This document shows positions 30,074 to 40,174 of a stretch of 64,000 nucleotides of DNA, piece after piece (position 1 is the stretch's first letter; every line of letters starts with the position of its first letter). The position numbers were made by a program, and so were the translations under genes. The notes under the pieces were generated by a model. The model had not been told where the DNA came from. It ran no database searches and saw only the letters and a list, made by a program, of their open reading frames with translations. The stretch is from Bacteroidota bacterium (lineage in GTDB: Bacteria; Chlamydiota; Chlamydiia; Chlamydiales; FEN-1388): positions 36,581 to 100,580 of the forward strand of contig JABDGV010000002.1 of the NCBI GenBank assembly GCA_013285825.1, in the 5' to 3' direction.

Positions 30074-31350
30074 ATTTGCACATCCAATTTGGTAAATTCA
30101 CTTCGAGTATTGTTTGAGTTCACCGCCCGCACCTTATATTTTGAGTTGAGATATTGCTGATACTTTTCGCGCCAATGATGAGAATGGGTGTTGTGGGGAT
30201 GAAGGGTTTTCTCAAATGCAAGCGGTGCGTTGCTTGGAACAATCGCAATCAGCTGGTCAAAGGCGAAAATTTCATAGGCGATGATGTTTGAGGAGATGCT
30301 TTGAAGCCATTGTGCTTTGAGTTTGAATTTGCCCTGCTGGCTGACGATTTTCCCGCTGAATGAAAAGGGTTGAAAGACTGGAGAGACAGAAGGGGGGATA
30401 AAGGTGGTGGCAATTCCAGTAGGTAAATTTCCGACAAGGATGGTTGTTCCTGACACTGTATTGGTGCTGAGATCGATTATTCCCACTTCATTCAAGTTAC
30501 CATACGTTACATAGCCATAGTTTCCATCTGCTGTGATGGCGATGTTTTCAGGAGTGCTGCTGGCTGGAAGCGGGATGGTTGCTGCTACACTGTTGGTGGC
30601 AGTATCAATGACCGATACGGTGGTTGAAGACTGATTGAGTACATAGGCAAATTGCCCGTTAGGGGTAATGGCAATACCATACGGCTGGAGTTCAACTGGA
30701 ATGGTTGCAGTAACTGTGTTGGTATTGAGGTTGATGACAGAGACATTATTTGAGCCAATATTTGTCACGTAGGCGAAATTTCCATTCGGCGTGATGGCAA
30801 GCTGGTTTGGTTGATTTCCAACGGGGATGGTGGCGGTAATAGTGTTGGTAGAGGTGTCAATAACTGATACTGTGCTTGTTGAAACATTTGTCACGTAGGC
30901 GAATTGTCCATTCGGTGTGATGGCGATGCCTGTAGGATATCCCCCAAATCCCGTTATGGTTGTAGTGACTGTGTTGGTATTGAGATTAATGACAGTAACC
31001 GTGTTGGGAGTTTGATTTACCACATATGCAAACTGTCCATTGGGAGTAATGGCAATAGACAATGCATCAAATACGCCTGTTATGGTTGCAGTAACAGTGT
31101 TGGTAGCCGTATCAATAGCCATGACAGAGCCGTTAAATAAATTTGTTACATACACATAATTTCCATCTGGCGTCAAGGCAACGTCTTGCGGACTATGGCC
31201 AACGGGAATGGTTGCGACAACCATATTTGTGCTGATATCAATGACACTGACGGTATTATCTACCGTATTTGTTACATAAGCAAATGGCGCTGCAAAGAGG
31301 GTTTGAGCAGCCAAAAGAGTTGCACAAAGGAGCGATGCTATGAATTTCAT
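30070..31350 (-). CDS. Secreted YVTN beta-propeller protein with FN3-like C-terminal domain (class B)
   Basis: MKFI leader, seven YVTN repeats, conserved tail. Confidence 0.9.
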   Translation of the reverse strand: MKFIASLLCATLLAAQTLFAAPFAYVTNTVDNTVSVIDISTNMVVATIPVGHSPQDVALTPDGNYVYVTNLFNGSVMAIDTATNTVTATITGVFDALSIAITPNGQFAYVVNQTPNTVTVINLNTNTVTTTITGFGGYPTGIAITPNGQFAYVTNVSTSTVSVIDTSTNTITATIPVGNQPNQLAITPNGNFAYVTNIGSNNVSVINLNTNTVTATIPVELQPYGIAITPNGQFAYVLNQSSTTVSVIDTATNSVAATIPLPASSTPENIAITADGNYGYVTYGNLNEVGIIDLSTNTVSGTTILVGNLPTGIATTFIPPSVSPVFQPFSFSGKIVSQQGKFKLKAQWLQSISSNIIAYEIFAFDQLIAIVPSNAPLAFEKTLHPHNTHSHHWREKYQQYLNSKYKVRAVNSNNTRSEFTKLDVQI

Positions 31351-31358
31351 AAAAACGC

Positions 31359-32639
31359 CTAAAACAGTTGTACGTTTAAATTGGTAAATTCACTTCGGCT
31401 GTTGTTTGAGTTTACTGCCCGAACTTTATATTTTCCGTTGAGATAGCTCTGATACATTTCTCGCCAATGATGTGAATGAGTGTTGTGGGGATGAAGGGTT
31501 TTCACAAATGCAAGCGGTGCGTTGCTTGGGACAATGGCAAGCAGCTGGTCGAATGCGAAAATTTCATAGGCGATGATATTGGAGGAGATGCTTGCAAGCC
31601 ACTCTGCTTTCAACTGGAATTTGCCCTTCTGGTTGACGATTTTGCCGCTGAATGAAAAGGGTTGAAGCACTGTAGGGTTTTGAAAGGGAATATAGTTGAT
31701 GCAAATTCCATTAGGTAAATTTCCGACAAGGATGGTTGTCCCTGACACTGTATTGGTGCTGAGATCGATTATTCCCACTTCATTCAAGTTACCATACGTT
31801 ACATAGCCATAGTTACCATCTGCTGTGATGGCGATGTTTTCAGGAGTGCTGCTGGCTGGAAGCGGGATGGTTGCTACTACACTGTTGGTTGCAGTATCAA
31901 TGACCGATACAGTGTTTGAAAACTGATTGAGTATATAGGCAAATTGCCCATTAGGGGTAATGGCAATGCCAAACGGCTGGAGGCCAACTGTAATGGTTGC
32001 AATAACAGTGTTGGTATTGAGGTTGATGACGGAGACATTATTTGAGCCAATATTTGTCACGTAGGCGAAATTTCCATTAGGCGTGATGGCAATCTCGGAT
32101 GGTTGACTTCCAACCGGGATGGAGTCTGTAATAGTGTTAGTAGAGAGGTTAATGACTGATACTGTGTTTGACAAGCCGTTTGCCACGTAGGCGAAATTTC
32201 CATTAGGGGTGATGGCGATCCCTGTGGGATATCCCCCAAATCCCGTTATGGTTGTAGTGATCATATTGCTGTTGATATTAATGACAGATACCGTGTTGCC
32301 AGCGGGATTTGTCACATACGCAAACTCTCCATTGGGCGTGATGGCAATATACGCTGGCTGAGATACATCTGTAATGGTTGCAATAACAGTGTTGGTAGCG
32401 GTATCAATAGCCATGATGGATGTGCCGTAGGTATTTGCTACATACACATATCTTTTATCAGGGGTCAAGGCGATGCCTTGCGGATTAGCTCCAACGGGAA
32501 TGGTTGCCACCACCATATTAGTGCTGATATCAATGACACTTACTGTTTCGCTCAGTGTCGTTACATATGCAAACGGCGCTGCAAAAAGGGTTTGAGCAGC
32601 CAAAAGGGTTGCACAAATGAACGATGCTCTGAATTTCAT
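31359..32639 (-). CDS. Secreted YVTN beta-propeller protein with FN3-like C-terminal domain (class B)
   Basis: Close paralogue of 30070..31350 (both 426 aa). Confidence 0.9.
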   Translation of the reverse strand: MKFRASFICATLLAAQTLFAAPFAYVTTLSETVSVIDISTNMVVATIPVGANPQGIALTPDKRYVYVANTYGTSIMAIDTATNTVIATITDVSQPAYIAITPNGEFAYVTNPAGNTVSVININSNMITTTITGFGGYPTGIAITPNGNFAYVANGLSNTVSVINLSTNTITDSIPVGSQPSEIAITPNGNFAYVTNIGSNNVSVINLNTNTVIATITVGLQPFGIAITPNGQFAYILNQFSNTVSVIDTATNSVVATIPLPASSTPENIAITADGNYGYVTYGNLNEVGIIDLSTNTVSGTTILVGNLPNGICINYIPFQNPTVLQPFSFSGKIVNQKGKFQLKAEWLASISSNIIAYEIFAFDQLLAIVPSNAPLAFVKTLHPHNTHSHHWREMYQSYLNGKYKVRAVNSNNSRSEFTNLNVQLF

Positions 32640-32648
32640 ATAAACTCC

Positions 32649-33935
32649 TCAAAAACCTTGAACATTTAAATTAGTAAATCCGCTTCGGCTGTTGTTTGAG
32701 CTTACGGCCCGCACCTTATATTTTGCGTTGAGATAGCGTTGGTATTTTTCGCGCCAATGGTGCTTGTGTGTATCTGGCCGTGGAAGAGCAATATCAAAGT
32801 TGAGCGGGGCGTTGCTCGGGACAATGGAAATGAGCTGGTCAAACCCAAAAATCTCATAGGCGATGATGTTGGAGGAGGGGCTTGCAGGCCATTGAGCTTT
32901 TAGTTTGAACTTGCCGTGATGTTTGACAATTTTGCCAGTGAATGAAAAGGGTTGAAACAGTGAAGGGTTTGGAAAGGGAATATAGGTGATGGCAATTCCG
33001 AAAGGAGTGTTTCCTACAGGGATAGTAGTACCTGTCAACGTATTGGAGCTTAAGTCGACAATGGCTACTTCAGCAAGATTAGAATAGGTTACATAAGCAT
33101 ATTTCCCATCGGGAGTGATGGCGATTCCTTCAGGGTCGCTTCCGGAGGGAAGCGGGATAGTGGTTGTTATCGTCTGAGAGGTAGTATCAAGTAGGGAAAT
33201 GAAACTAGAGGTAATTGTGCTAACGAGGACATAGGCATATTGTCCGCCGGGACTAACGGCTATAGCTACTGGAAGTCCACCGACTCCAACGTTTGAAGTA
33301 ACCATATTGGTATTGAGATCAAGGACGGAAACGGTAGAGGAGTTGCCATTTCCCACATATGCAAAAAGGCCATTTGGGTTTACGGCAATTGGAGCAGGTC
33401 CAGCTTCTACTGGGATGGTATCAACCACCATGTTGCTGCTGATATTAATTACGCTGACTGTACCATCGCTGAAATTTGTTACGTATGCAAACTGACCATT
33501 GGGCGTGATGGCAACACCCTCAGGAGTTCCTCCAACTGCTATGGGAGGTCCTATAACAGTATTGGTAGAGATATCGATGACGGACACATTATTTGACTCA
33601 CCATTTACCACGTAGGCAAATTGCCCGTTAGGAGTAATGGAAATGCCTGCAGGATTAGTTCCAACTGTAATGGTAGCAACCACCATATCGGTACTCGCAT
33701 CAATGACACTGACGGAATTAGTTCCGTTATTTACCACGTAGGCAAATTGCCCATTAGGAGTGACGGCAATATATTCAGGTGAACTTCCAACTGGAACGGT
33801 GGCGACTACCAGGTTGGTACTGATATCGATGACACTGACGGTATCATCACTCAAATTTGCCACATAGGCAAATGGGGATGCAGAAAGGGTTTGAGCTACG
33901 AAGATAAGACCTATTAGCGAGAGTACAAATTTCAT
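32649..33935 (-). CDS. Secreted YVTN beta-propeller protein with FN3-like C-terminal domain (class B)
   Basis: MKFV leader, seven YVTN repeats, conserved tail. Confidence 0.9.
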   Translation of the reverse strand: MKFVLSLIGLIFVAQTLSASPFAYVANLSDDTVSVIDISTNLVVATVPVGSSPEYIAVTPNGQFAYVVNNGTNSVSVIDASTDMVVATITVGTNPAGISITPNGQFAYVVNGESNNVSVIDISTNTVIGPPIAVGGTPEGVAITPNGQFAYVTNFSDGTVSVINISSNMVVDTIPVEAGPAPIAVNPNGLFAYVGNGNSSTVSVLDLNTNMVTSNVGVGGLPVAIAVSPGGQYAYVLVSTITSSFISLLDTTSQTITTTIPLPSGSDPEGIAITPDGKYAYVTYSNLAEVAIVDLSSNTLTGTTIPVGNTPFGIAITYIPFPNPSLFQPFSFTGKIVKHHGKFKLKAQWPASPSSNIIAYEIFGFDQLISIVPSNAPLNFDIALPRPDTHKHHWREKYQRYLNAKYKVRAVSSNNSRSGFTNLNVQGF

Positions 33936-33944
33936 ATAAACTCC

Positions 33945-35255
33945 TCAAAAATCTTGAACATTTAAATTGGTAAATCCACTTCGGCTGTTGTTTGAGTTCA
34001 CAGCCCGAACCCTATATTTTGTGTTGAGATAGTTCTGATACTTTTCGAGCCAATGATGTGAATGGGTATTGTGCGGATGAAGAGTCCTTTCAAAGACAAG
34101 CGGAGAGCCGCTCGGAACGATTGCAATAAGCTGGTCAAAGGCAAAAATTTCATAGGCAATGATGTTGGAAGAGGGGCTTGCAGGCCACTCTGCTTTGAGG
34201 GTGAATGTGCCATTCCGGTTGACGATTTTTCCGCTAAATGAAAAGGGTTGAAATAGCGGAGGCGGTGGAGGTGGAGGAGGAGAGTAAGGAGGGGCAATGG
34301 CAATGCCGAAAGGAACGGTTCCTACAGTAATGGGTGAACCAGTCACCATATTGGTGCTTAAGTCGATAATGCCTACTTCATTTTGATCAGAATAGGTTAC
34401 ATAAGCATATTTCCCATCGGGAGTGATAGCGATTCCTTCAGGGTCGCTTATGGAGGGGAGCGGGATGGTGGTTGTTACAGTCTGAGATGTTGTATTAATA
34501 ACGGAAATGAATTGAGTGCTAGGAGAGGAAAAAACTGCAATATAGGCATATTGTCCGTTGGGACTTACAGCATTACCTCCAGATTCTGGAAATCCTCCGA
34601 CATCAATGTTTGTAGTAACGAAATTGGTATTGAGATCAATAACTGATACGGTAGTGGTGCCAGAATTTCCCACATACGCAAAAAGGCCATTTGGGGTAAT
34701 GGAAATTGAACTAGGTGCAGCTTCTACTGGAATGGTATCAACCACCGTGTTGCTGCTGGTATCAATGACGCTGACGGTATTATCTGCTGAATTTGTTACG
34801 TATACAAACTGTCCATTGGGGGTTATGGCAATACCCTCAGGAGCTCCTCCAACGCTGATGGGAGGTCCTATAACAGTATTGGTAGAGATGTCAATGACTG
34901 ACACCCTATTTAAGCTAAAACTTGCCACGTAGGCAAATTGCCCATTAGGAGTGATGGCAATGCCTGTGGGACTTGATTCAACTGTAATCGTAGCGACTAC
35001 CATATTGGTAGACGCATCAATGACACTGACGGTATTAGTTCCGTTATTTGTCACGTAGGCAAATTGTCCGTTGGGAGTGACGGCTATAGCTTGTGGTGAA
35101 TTTCCAACTGGAACAGTGGCGACTACCAGGTTGGTACTGATATCGATGACGCTGACGGTATTATCAACCAAATTTGCCACATAGGCAAAGGGAGCGGCAG
35201 TGAGGGTTTGTGTAGCGAACAGGATTGCAAAAACGAGCGATAATAGAAATTTCAT
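33945..35255 (-). CDS. Secreted YVTN beta-propeller protein with poly-Pro linker and FN3-like C-terminal domain (class B)
   Basis: MKFL leader (ATG 35255), seven YVTN repeats, SPPPPPPP linker, conserved tail. Confidence 0.9.
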   Translation of the reverse strand: MKFLLSLVFAILFATQTLTAAPFAYVANLVDNTVSVIDISTNLVVATVPVGNSPQAIAVTPNGQFAYVTNNGTNTVSVIDASTNMVVATITVESSPTGIAITPNGQFAYVASFSLNRVSVIDISTNTVIGPPISVGGAPEGIAITPNGQFVYVTNSADNTVSVIDTSSNTVVDTIPVEAAPSSISITPNGLFAYVGNSGTTTVSVIDLNTNFVTTNIDVGGFPESGGNAVSPNGQYAYIAVFSSPSTQFISVINTTSQTVTTTIPLPSISDPEGIAITPDGKYAYVTYSDQNEVGIIDLSTNMVTGSPITVGTVPFGIAIAPPYSPPPPPPPPLFQPFSFSGKIVNRNGTFTLKAEWPASPSSNIIAYEIFAFDQLIAIVPSGSPLVFERTLHPHNTHSHHWLEKYQNYLNTKYRVRAVNSNNSRSGFTNLNVQDF

Positions 35256-35285
35256 GCACAAGACCCTAGATACTTATGATACTTA

Positions 35286-35314
35286 CCTATAAGCAGGAAA
35301 TGTGTTTGTAACAA
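35286..35314 (-). promoter_or_regulatory. Array promoter-like motif TTGTTA-N17-TATAGG
   Basis: Heads the run of five closely spaced class B genes. Confidence 0.6.
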
Positions 35315-35333
35315 GATTATTTGGATTTCAAAA

Positions 35334-38300
35334 TTATTTGAATTTACTGATCTCAAGCCATTTACTGATGACAGAGGTTGCGATGGGGAGAGCTTCTCTC
35401 CCATAGCCGCCGTAGCGTAAGTAAACGATGACCACGAGGTCGGGAGTTTGCATCATAAAGGGCTTATCTTCCTTATAGTACATGCCGCTGAACCAAATGT
35501 GGTTATAGAGGAAGGGGTTTTTGGGGTGTTCGAGTCCAAATCGGGTGTTTACTTCTGCGGTGCTTGTCTTTCCGATTAAGTTTTGGCAAATGCGGTTGAA
35601 GCTCCTTTCCATTTCCGGGTGGGCGTGCAATTTTTGGCGATAGCGGGAGTGTGTGTCGCTTACAATGCGCTGAACAGCTCCTTGCATACTCTTCATAAGG
35701 CATTTTTGCACCTCGTGCGGCATTATCACTTCTCGCTGGACGATTTCAGGCTTAGTTTCAATTTGGATTTGGTTGACCCTCGATTCGGTTCCCAAGAATA
35801 TCGAGGGAGGAAGATCTAATAGCCGAAGGGCGTCTGCTTTAGGGAGTAGGGCCGCATCTTCTTTTCGGACATCCATAGCGATCGTTCTTTTCATTACTTT
35901 TGGAACCAGAATCTTTCCGCCATTTGCGAGGGCTGACATCATAACGGCAGTTTGAAGAGGTGTGCTTAAGAGTGTATGCTGGCCAATAGCTGTGGTATAA
36001 AGGCCTGTTTTATTCGTTGCAAGGTCATTCGGGAAATTGCCTTTGCCTTCAGCAGGCAGATCGATGCCTGTTTTAGTGCCATAGCCAAATAAATATGCCA
36101 CCTGTTCAAGCATTGCAGGGCTTTCGATATAGTCGGATGCGAGGAGCGAGAAGTAGGGGTTGCTGGAAACTACAATTGCTTGAGAGAGGTTCAAGCGCCC
36201 AAAGTCGGGATGGGAGCTTTTTGGGATTCTGCCGCCTTTATAAATTTGAGGAATGGGCTTTCCATCTAAAAATAGGCCCACATACTGTTTTGATTTGTCT
36301 TTGTAGCTTCTGTCAATAATTTCGAAGAAGTTGACATCGGAGGCACTGAACTTGCCCTTGCACTCCTTATCGCGCTGGAGAAGGGCTGTATAGGCAACAG
36401 CGAGCTTAAAAATAGATCCTTGAGGAGAGGTTGTTTGGAACGCAAAAGAGGATGCAGAGGGCAAGAGGACGGAGTTAATGGAAGAAAGAAGCGAGAGGCC
36501 GGTTTGATTCGAGTCAAATTTGGGCAGGTGCGTATAGGTCCCTAAGAGCTGAAAGTCTATGCTGCTTGATCGGATAAGGAGAGGAATGAGAGCTGAATTG
36601 AGGTCAATTTTCTGCTCTTTAAAACTTAAATATCGGGAAAACCACTCTTCCCAGCTCTCATCCCACTTTTCTTGAAATTGACGCTTGGCCTCACGCCGTA
36701 AAAGAGTAAGATAGGGTTCGGCTCTTTTTTTCTCTTTCTTTTCCTGCTGTCGAATCTGCTTTAAAAATGAGGATTCATTTTCTTTTCGCCAGGAGCGAAA
36801 AGCTGTTTTCCAGAAGCTGTTATAGGCCTCTTTTTTTAATAGCTGATACTGCTGGGAGGCAGTGATTACTAGCTCGCGAAATTGGGAAACAGTTATGTTT
36901 TTGATGGGATCCAAGCTTTGCGGACTTAAGTCCTCAAGACGTACTATGAGCCTCATCAAATCAATCATGAGCATCCGTTCATCATGTGTTTCAACTTTCA
37001 GCATGTAGGCGTCTAAGTCTCGTTTATAGCGTATACAATCAGGCGTGGGCATGGCTTCGGCTGGCGACTCTTGATAGAGATAATAGAGGAGCTCGTCGGG
37101 AGCTATCCCGAAAATGTCGGCAAGTTTGTAGAGCGCTTGCTGCGTTTTGATGAATTCGATAACAGGCTGATTTCCATTGAGGAGTGTATGAAGAGATGAA
37201 TTTCCTGGAAGGATTAAGTTGAGAAAGCGGTTCCAGGAAAGCCATATCTCTTCGTTCTCAATGGTATCGCTCTTTTTGTTGTAGGTTTCGTGGAGATAGG
37301 GAAGGGTTTTATTCCAGAGCTTTTCAACAAAAGAGCTCTGGACAAGCCACTGATGAAGCTGTTTTGTCTCTGTTGTCGAGGGTGAAAAATCATTGGGGTC
37401 GAATCTTGGGAAGCTTGCCAGCGCTCGAATCTCCCCTGTTTTAGGATCGATAGCAATAATTGCCCCTCCACGTTGAAAGGGATTCATTACGGAGGGTTTG
37501 AAGGAGGTCACCTCTTGATCAAAATAGGATCTGCGCTCTATGTCGCTTTCAGCAAGCAGCTTTTCACAGTGCTCTTGAAGTTCGCTTGAGAGGGAAAGAA
37601 CGATTCTATCTCCAGGAAGGAGGGACATTTTTCCAGAGAGTGGCCGTATGAGGTTTCCTTGGGCATTTGCAAAATAGCGGCTCATACCCCGTTTTCCGCG
37701 AAGAGCCTCTTCGTAGCTTCCCTCAATTCCAGTTTTTCCTACCCGATCCAAGAGGGTATACGCTTGTCGATTCAGCTTATCGAGCTTCCGTTTGGTTTCT
37801 GCATAGTCGAAGGGTTCGTAGCCGATACCTGTATCCATGTCATCGGCATGAGCCTGTAAAGCTCGTTCCAGCTCATGTCGTTTATGGAGGAGATTATTGT
37901 ACTCATTTTTTTGAATGGCAGCGGTATATCCGAGTACGTGGCAGGCAACTTTTCCTTGCGGATATACGCGTCGAAAGGTTCGAGCAGCTTCAAGACCTGG
38001 GTAGAGATGTTCAATCCCGCGTAAAGCATAGTATTGCTGCTCCGTCAACCCTTTTTGAAGAACGTATGGAATATGAGGGTTTAGGGCTGCAAAGGAGTAG
38101 AGAGTGTCTTCGATATCGCAGGGGTCACTTTTGAGAATTCGGGCAATTTTATGCGATAGCGCTGTGACATATTTTTTTCGCAATTTTCGGTCGGTGATTT
38201 GCTGAATGTTTGCCCAGAGAACCCGAGCCTCATATTCGGTTGTGTTCGTGGCGAGGAGGACATTTTGACAATCTCGAATGGTTCCTCGAGGAGCTGTTTC

Positions 38301-38474
38301 AAAGAGCGCTCTTTTTCTTCCTCGAAAAGCTTCTCGGGCAGCAGCATCATGACGATTGATAGCCAGATAGACAACACGGCCGCCGAGGGCTAAGATAACC
38401 AATAAAAAAAGCTGGAGGATGGTATTTGCCTTTTTCGGGATATCATGGAGCGCAAGCTCTGGCCGGTTTCGCAT
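35334..38474 (-). CDS. mrdA: Penicillin-binding protein 2, chlamydial long form
   Basis: RGTIRD dimerisation domain, GKTGIE, SxxK (SIFK), SSN and KTS motifs; N-terminal TM helix; ATG 38474. Confidence 0.92.
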   Translation of the reverse strand: MRNRPELALHDIPKKANTILQLFLLVILALGGRVVYLAINRHDAAAREAFRGRKRALFETAPRGTIRDCQNVLLATNTTEYEARVLWANIQQITDRKLRKKYVTALSHKIARILKSDPCDIEDTLYSFAALNPHIPYVLQKGLTEQQYYALRGIEHLYPGLEAARTFRRVYPQGKVACHVLGYTAAIQKNEYNNLLHKRHELERALQAHADDMDTGIGYEPFDYAETKRKLDKLNRQAYTLLDRVGKTGIEGSYEEALRGKRGMSRYFANAQGNLIRPLSGKMSLLPGDRIVLSLSSELQEHCEKLLAESDIERRSYFDQEVTSFKPSVMNPFQRGGAIIAIDPKTGEIRALASFPRFDPNDFSPSTTETKQLHQWLVQSSFVEKLWNKTLPYLHETYNKKSDTIENEEIWLSWNRFLNLILPGNSSLHTLLNGNQPVIEFIKTQQALYKLADIFGIAPDELLYYLYQESPAEAMPTPDCIRYKRDLDAYMLKVETHDERMLMIDLMRLIVRLEDLSPQSLDPIKNITVSQFRELVITASQQYQLLKKEAYNSFWKTAFRSWRKENESSFLKQIRQQEKKEKKRAEPYLTLLRREAKRQFQEKWDESWEEWFSRYLSFKEQKIDLNSALIPLLIRSSSIDFQLLGTYTHLPKFDSNQTGLSLLSSINSVLLPSASSFAFQTTSPQGSIFKLAVAYTALLQRDKECKGKFSASDVNFFEIIDRSYKDKSKQYVGLFLDGKPIPQIYKGGRIPKSSHPDFGRLNLSQAIVVSSNPYFSLLASDYIESPAMLEQVAYLFGYGTKTGIDLPAEGKGNFPNDLATNKTGLYTTAIGQHTLLSTPLQTAVMMSALANGGKILVPKVMKRTIAMDVRKEDAALLPKADALRLLDLPPSIFLGTESRVNQIQIETKPEIVQREVIMPHEVQKCLMKSMQGAVQRIVSDTHSRYRQKLHAHPEMERSFNRICQNLIGKTSTAEVNTRFGLEHPKNPFLYNHIWFSGMYYKEDKPFMMQTPDLVVIVYLRYGGYGREALPIATSVISKWLEISKFK

Positions 38475-38495
38475 TAGGTATGTGTCTTTTTTAAA

Positions 38496-38569
38496 ACCAC
38501 AGAGGGCACAGAGCACACAGAGATTTCAAAGAACAATCCTCTCTCTGTGGGCTCTCTGTTCTCTGTGGT
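38496..38569. repeat. CACAGAG-type palindromic REP-like element, copy 1
   Basis: accacagagggcacagagcacacagag ... ctctgtgggctctctgttctctgtggt. Confidence 0.8.
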
Positions 38570-38686
38570 AAATTTATGATAAGCACGCATATTCAGTACG
38601 ACTTTTAGTTGCATACAACTCATTTTTCTCTTCTTGAGGGAAAAAATCAATCAAGGTAAGCTATTATGGTCATCATTTCTTTTCAT

Positions 38687-38757
38687 GCGCCTGTAGTTCA
38701 ATGGTAGAACTGTAGCCTTCCAAGCTACGAGCGTCAGTTCGATTCTGACCAGGCGCT
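38687..38757 (+). tRNA. tRNA-Gly (anticodon TCC)
   Basis: Acceptor stem gcgcctg/caggcgc, D-arm tagttcaatggtagaac, anticodon arm gtagc-cttccaa-gctac, T-loop gttcgattc; CCA not encoded. Confidence 0.96.
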
Positions 38758-38862
38758 AATTTGACAGATGCTACTTTGCCAACGTTTTTTCTCTATTTAT
38801 AGTCTTTTTTGTTATATGAGTTTATCTCTGTTATATTTTTGAAAATCAATTTTTTGGGTTCT

Positions 38863-39906
38863 ATGAAAGTTAGTAAGGAAGTCTCTGAAATTATCTATTC
38901 TAAAGATTATACAGTTTCTTTGTCAGAAAAGGCTATTGAGCTTCGCTGGAAACCGCAAGATCAAGTTCTGGAGAAATTGAAAAATGCGAAGGATATTCCC
39001 TTTAATAAGGGAGCAAATGATTTTCAAAAGCTTAAAAATCTCCCCATTTCGTTCGTAACTTTGAAGACACAAGTACTCACAGAAGAGATCAATAACATAG
39101 CTATAAAGGGTATTTCGCTCGAAGGATCTAAGAATAAATGTAATCAAGATCGCTTTGGAGCCTCTTCATTCAAAATAAAAAATAAAACATTCACAGGCGA
39201 TGCTACCTGCATCATTTTGATGGATGGTTTTAATGGAACAGGTTTTGTTGAATTTGCGCTGCCTCGATTGCATTCAGATTTTGAAAAGGAGTTTCAAGAG
39301 TCAGATAAAGAGCATGAAGAACATCTCTATAATGGCTTCAAAAGGGTAGTTACCCGATTGCAGAGAGATTGGTTCGACAAACTTCTAAAAGAGAACAATC
39401 TTGATGAGTCGGGATCGACATTGTGCGCCCATCTCATCATTCAAAGGGACAAGTGCGTTGAAATTTGGAATGCGAACGTCGGCGATTCAAGAGGAATGGT
39501 TATCCATAACTCCAAAGAGAATCCTCGGCTCAACTTCATTCAGACAAGCGTCGATGCCTCTATAGATGAAACCAAATTTCACAATTCAGTTGCGAATTGG
39601 GGCGGAGTAATTAAAAATGGTCAGCTTGGTCCTTTGAAGATGCTCCGTGCTCTTGGCGCTGTAACTTGGAATATTTGCCCAAGGCCAAAAATTACCCGCT
39701 TAGTCTTAAATAAAGATGAGCTTGATACCCGCCAAATTATTGTAGCAGCCATGACGGATGGGCTCACCGATGTTTTTGGCACAAGAAAAATCGGCTCGGA
39801 ACTGGGCTTAGGTTCTGTTGGCGAAGATCAGCTTGCTCTGTCAGCCCGAGAGCTGGGAGTCAAGCAGGATGATGTCACCCTCGTAACTGCCAGCTTCAAG
39901 CTGTAG
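38863..39906 (+). CDS. PP2C/PPM-family Ser/Thr phosphatase-like protein with N-terminal extension
   Basis: NQDR, DGFNG, SGST, NVGDSR, RALG, TDGLTD and DDVT motifs in order. Confidence 0.85.
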   Translation: MKVSKEVSEIIYSKDYTVSLSEKAIELRWKPQDQVLEKLKNAKDIPFNKGANDFQKLKNLPISFVTLKTQVLTEEINNIAIKGISLEGSKNKCNQDRFGASSFKIKNKTFTGDATCIILMDGFNGTGFVEFALPRLHSDFEKEFQESDKEHEEHLYNGFKRVVTRLQRDWFDKLLKENNLDESGSTLCAHLIIQRDKCVEIWNANVGDSRGMVIHNSKENPRLNFIQTSVDASIDETKFHNSVANWGGVIKNGQLGPLKMLRALGAVTWNICPRPKITRLVLNKDELDTRQIIVAAMTDGLTDVFGTRKIGSELGLGSVGEDQLALSARELGVKQDDVTLVTASFKL

Positions 39907-40068
39907 GATTTGGCTTTTACCTTTGATGATATCATCCTTGTCTCTGGCAGTTTAAATCTATAAAGTTAGAAATACTTAAACATTCACCTTATGCAGAATA
40001 AGACCGTCTCTTTTGAGATCTGGTCTAAGCATGAAAAATTGCGCGTTATAGTTTTATTTTTTAAATTT

Positions 40069-40133
40069 CACCACAGAGGACACAGAGCTCACAGAGAGAT
40101 AAGCTTTAATAGCTCTCTGTGTCCTCTGTGGTG
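40069..40133. repeat. CACAGAG-type palindromic REP-like element, copy 2
   Basis: caccacagaggacacagagctcacagagag ... ctctctgtgtcctctgtggtg. Confidence 0.8.
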
Positions 40134-40174
40134 GAACTCAAATCTCTGGCCTGTTAAGTATTGCCCATTTTCAC

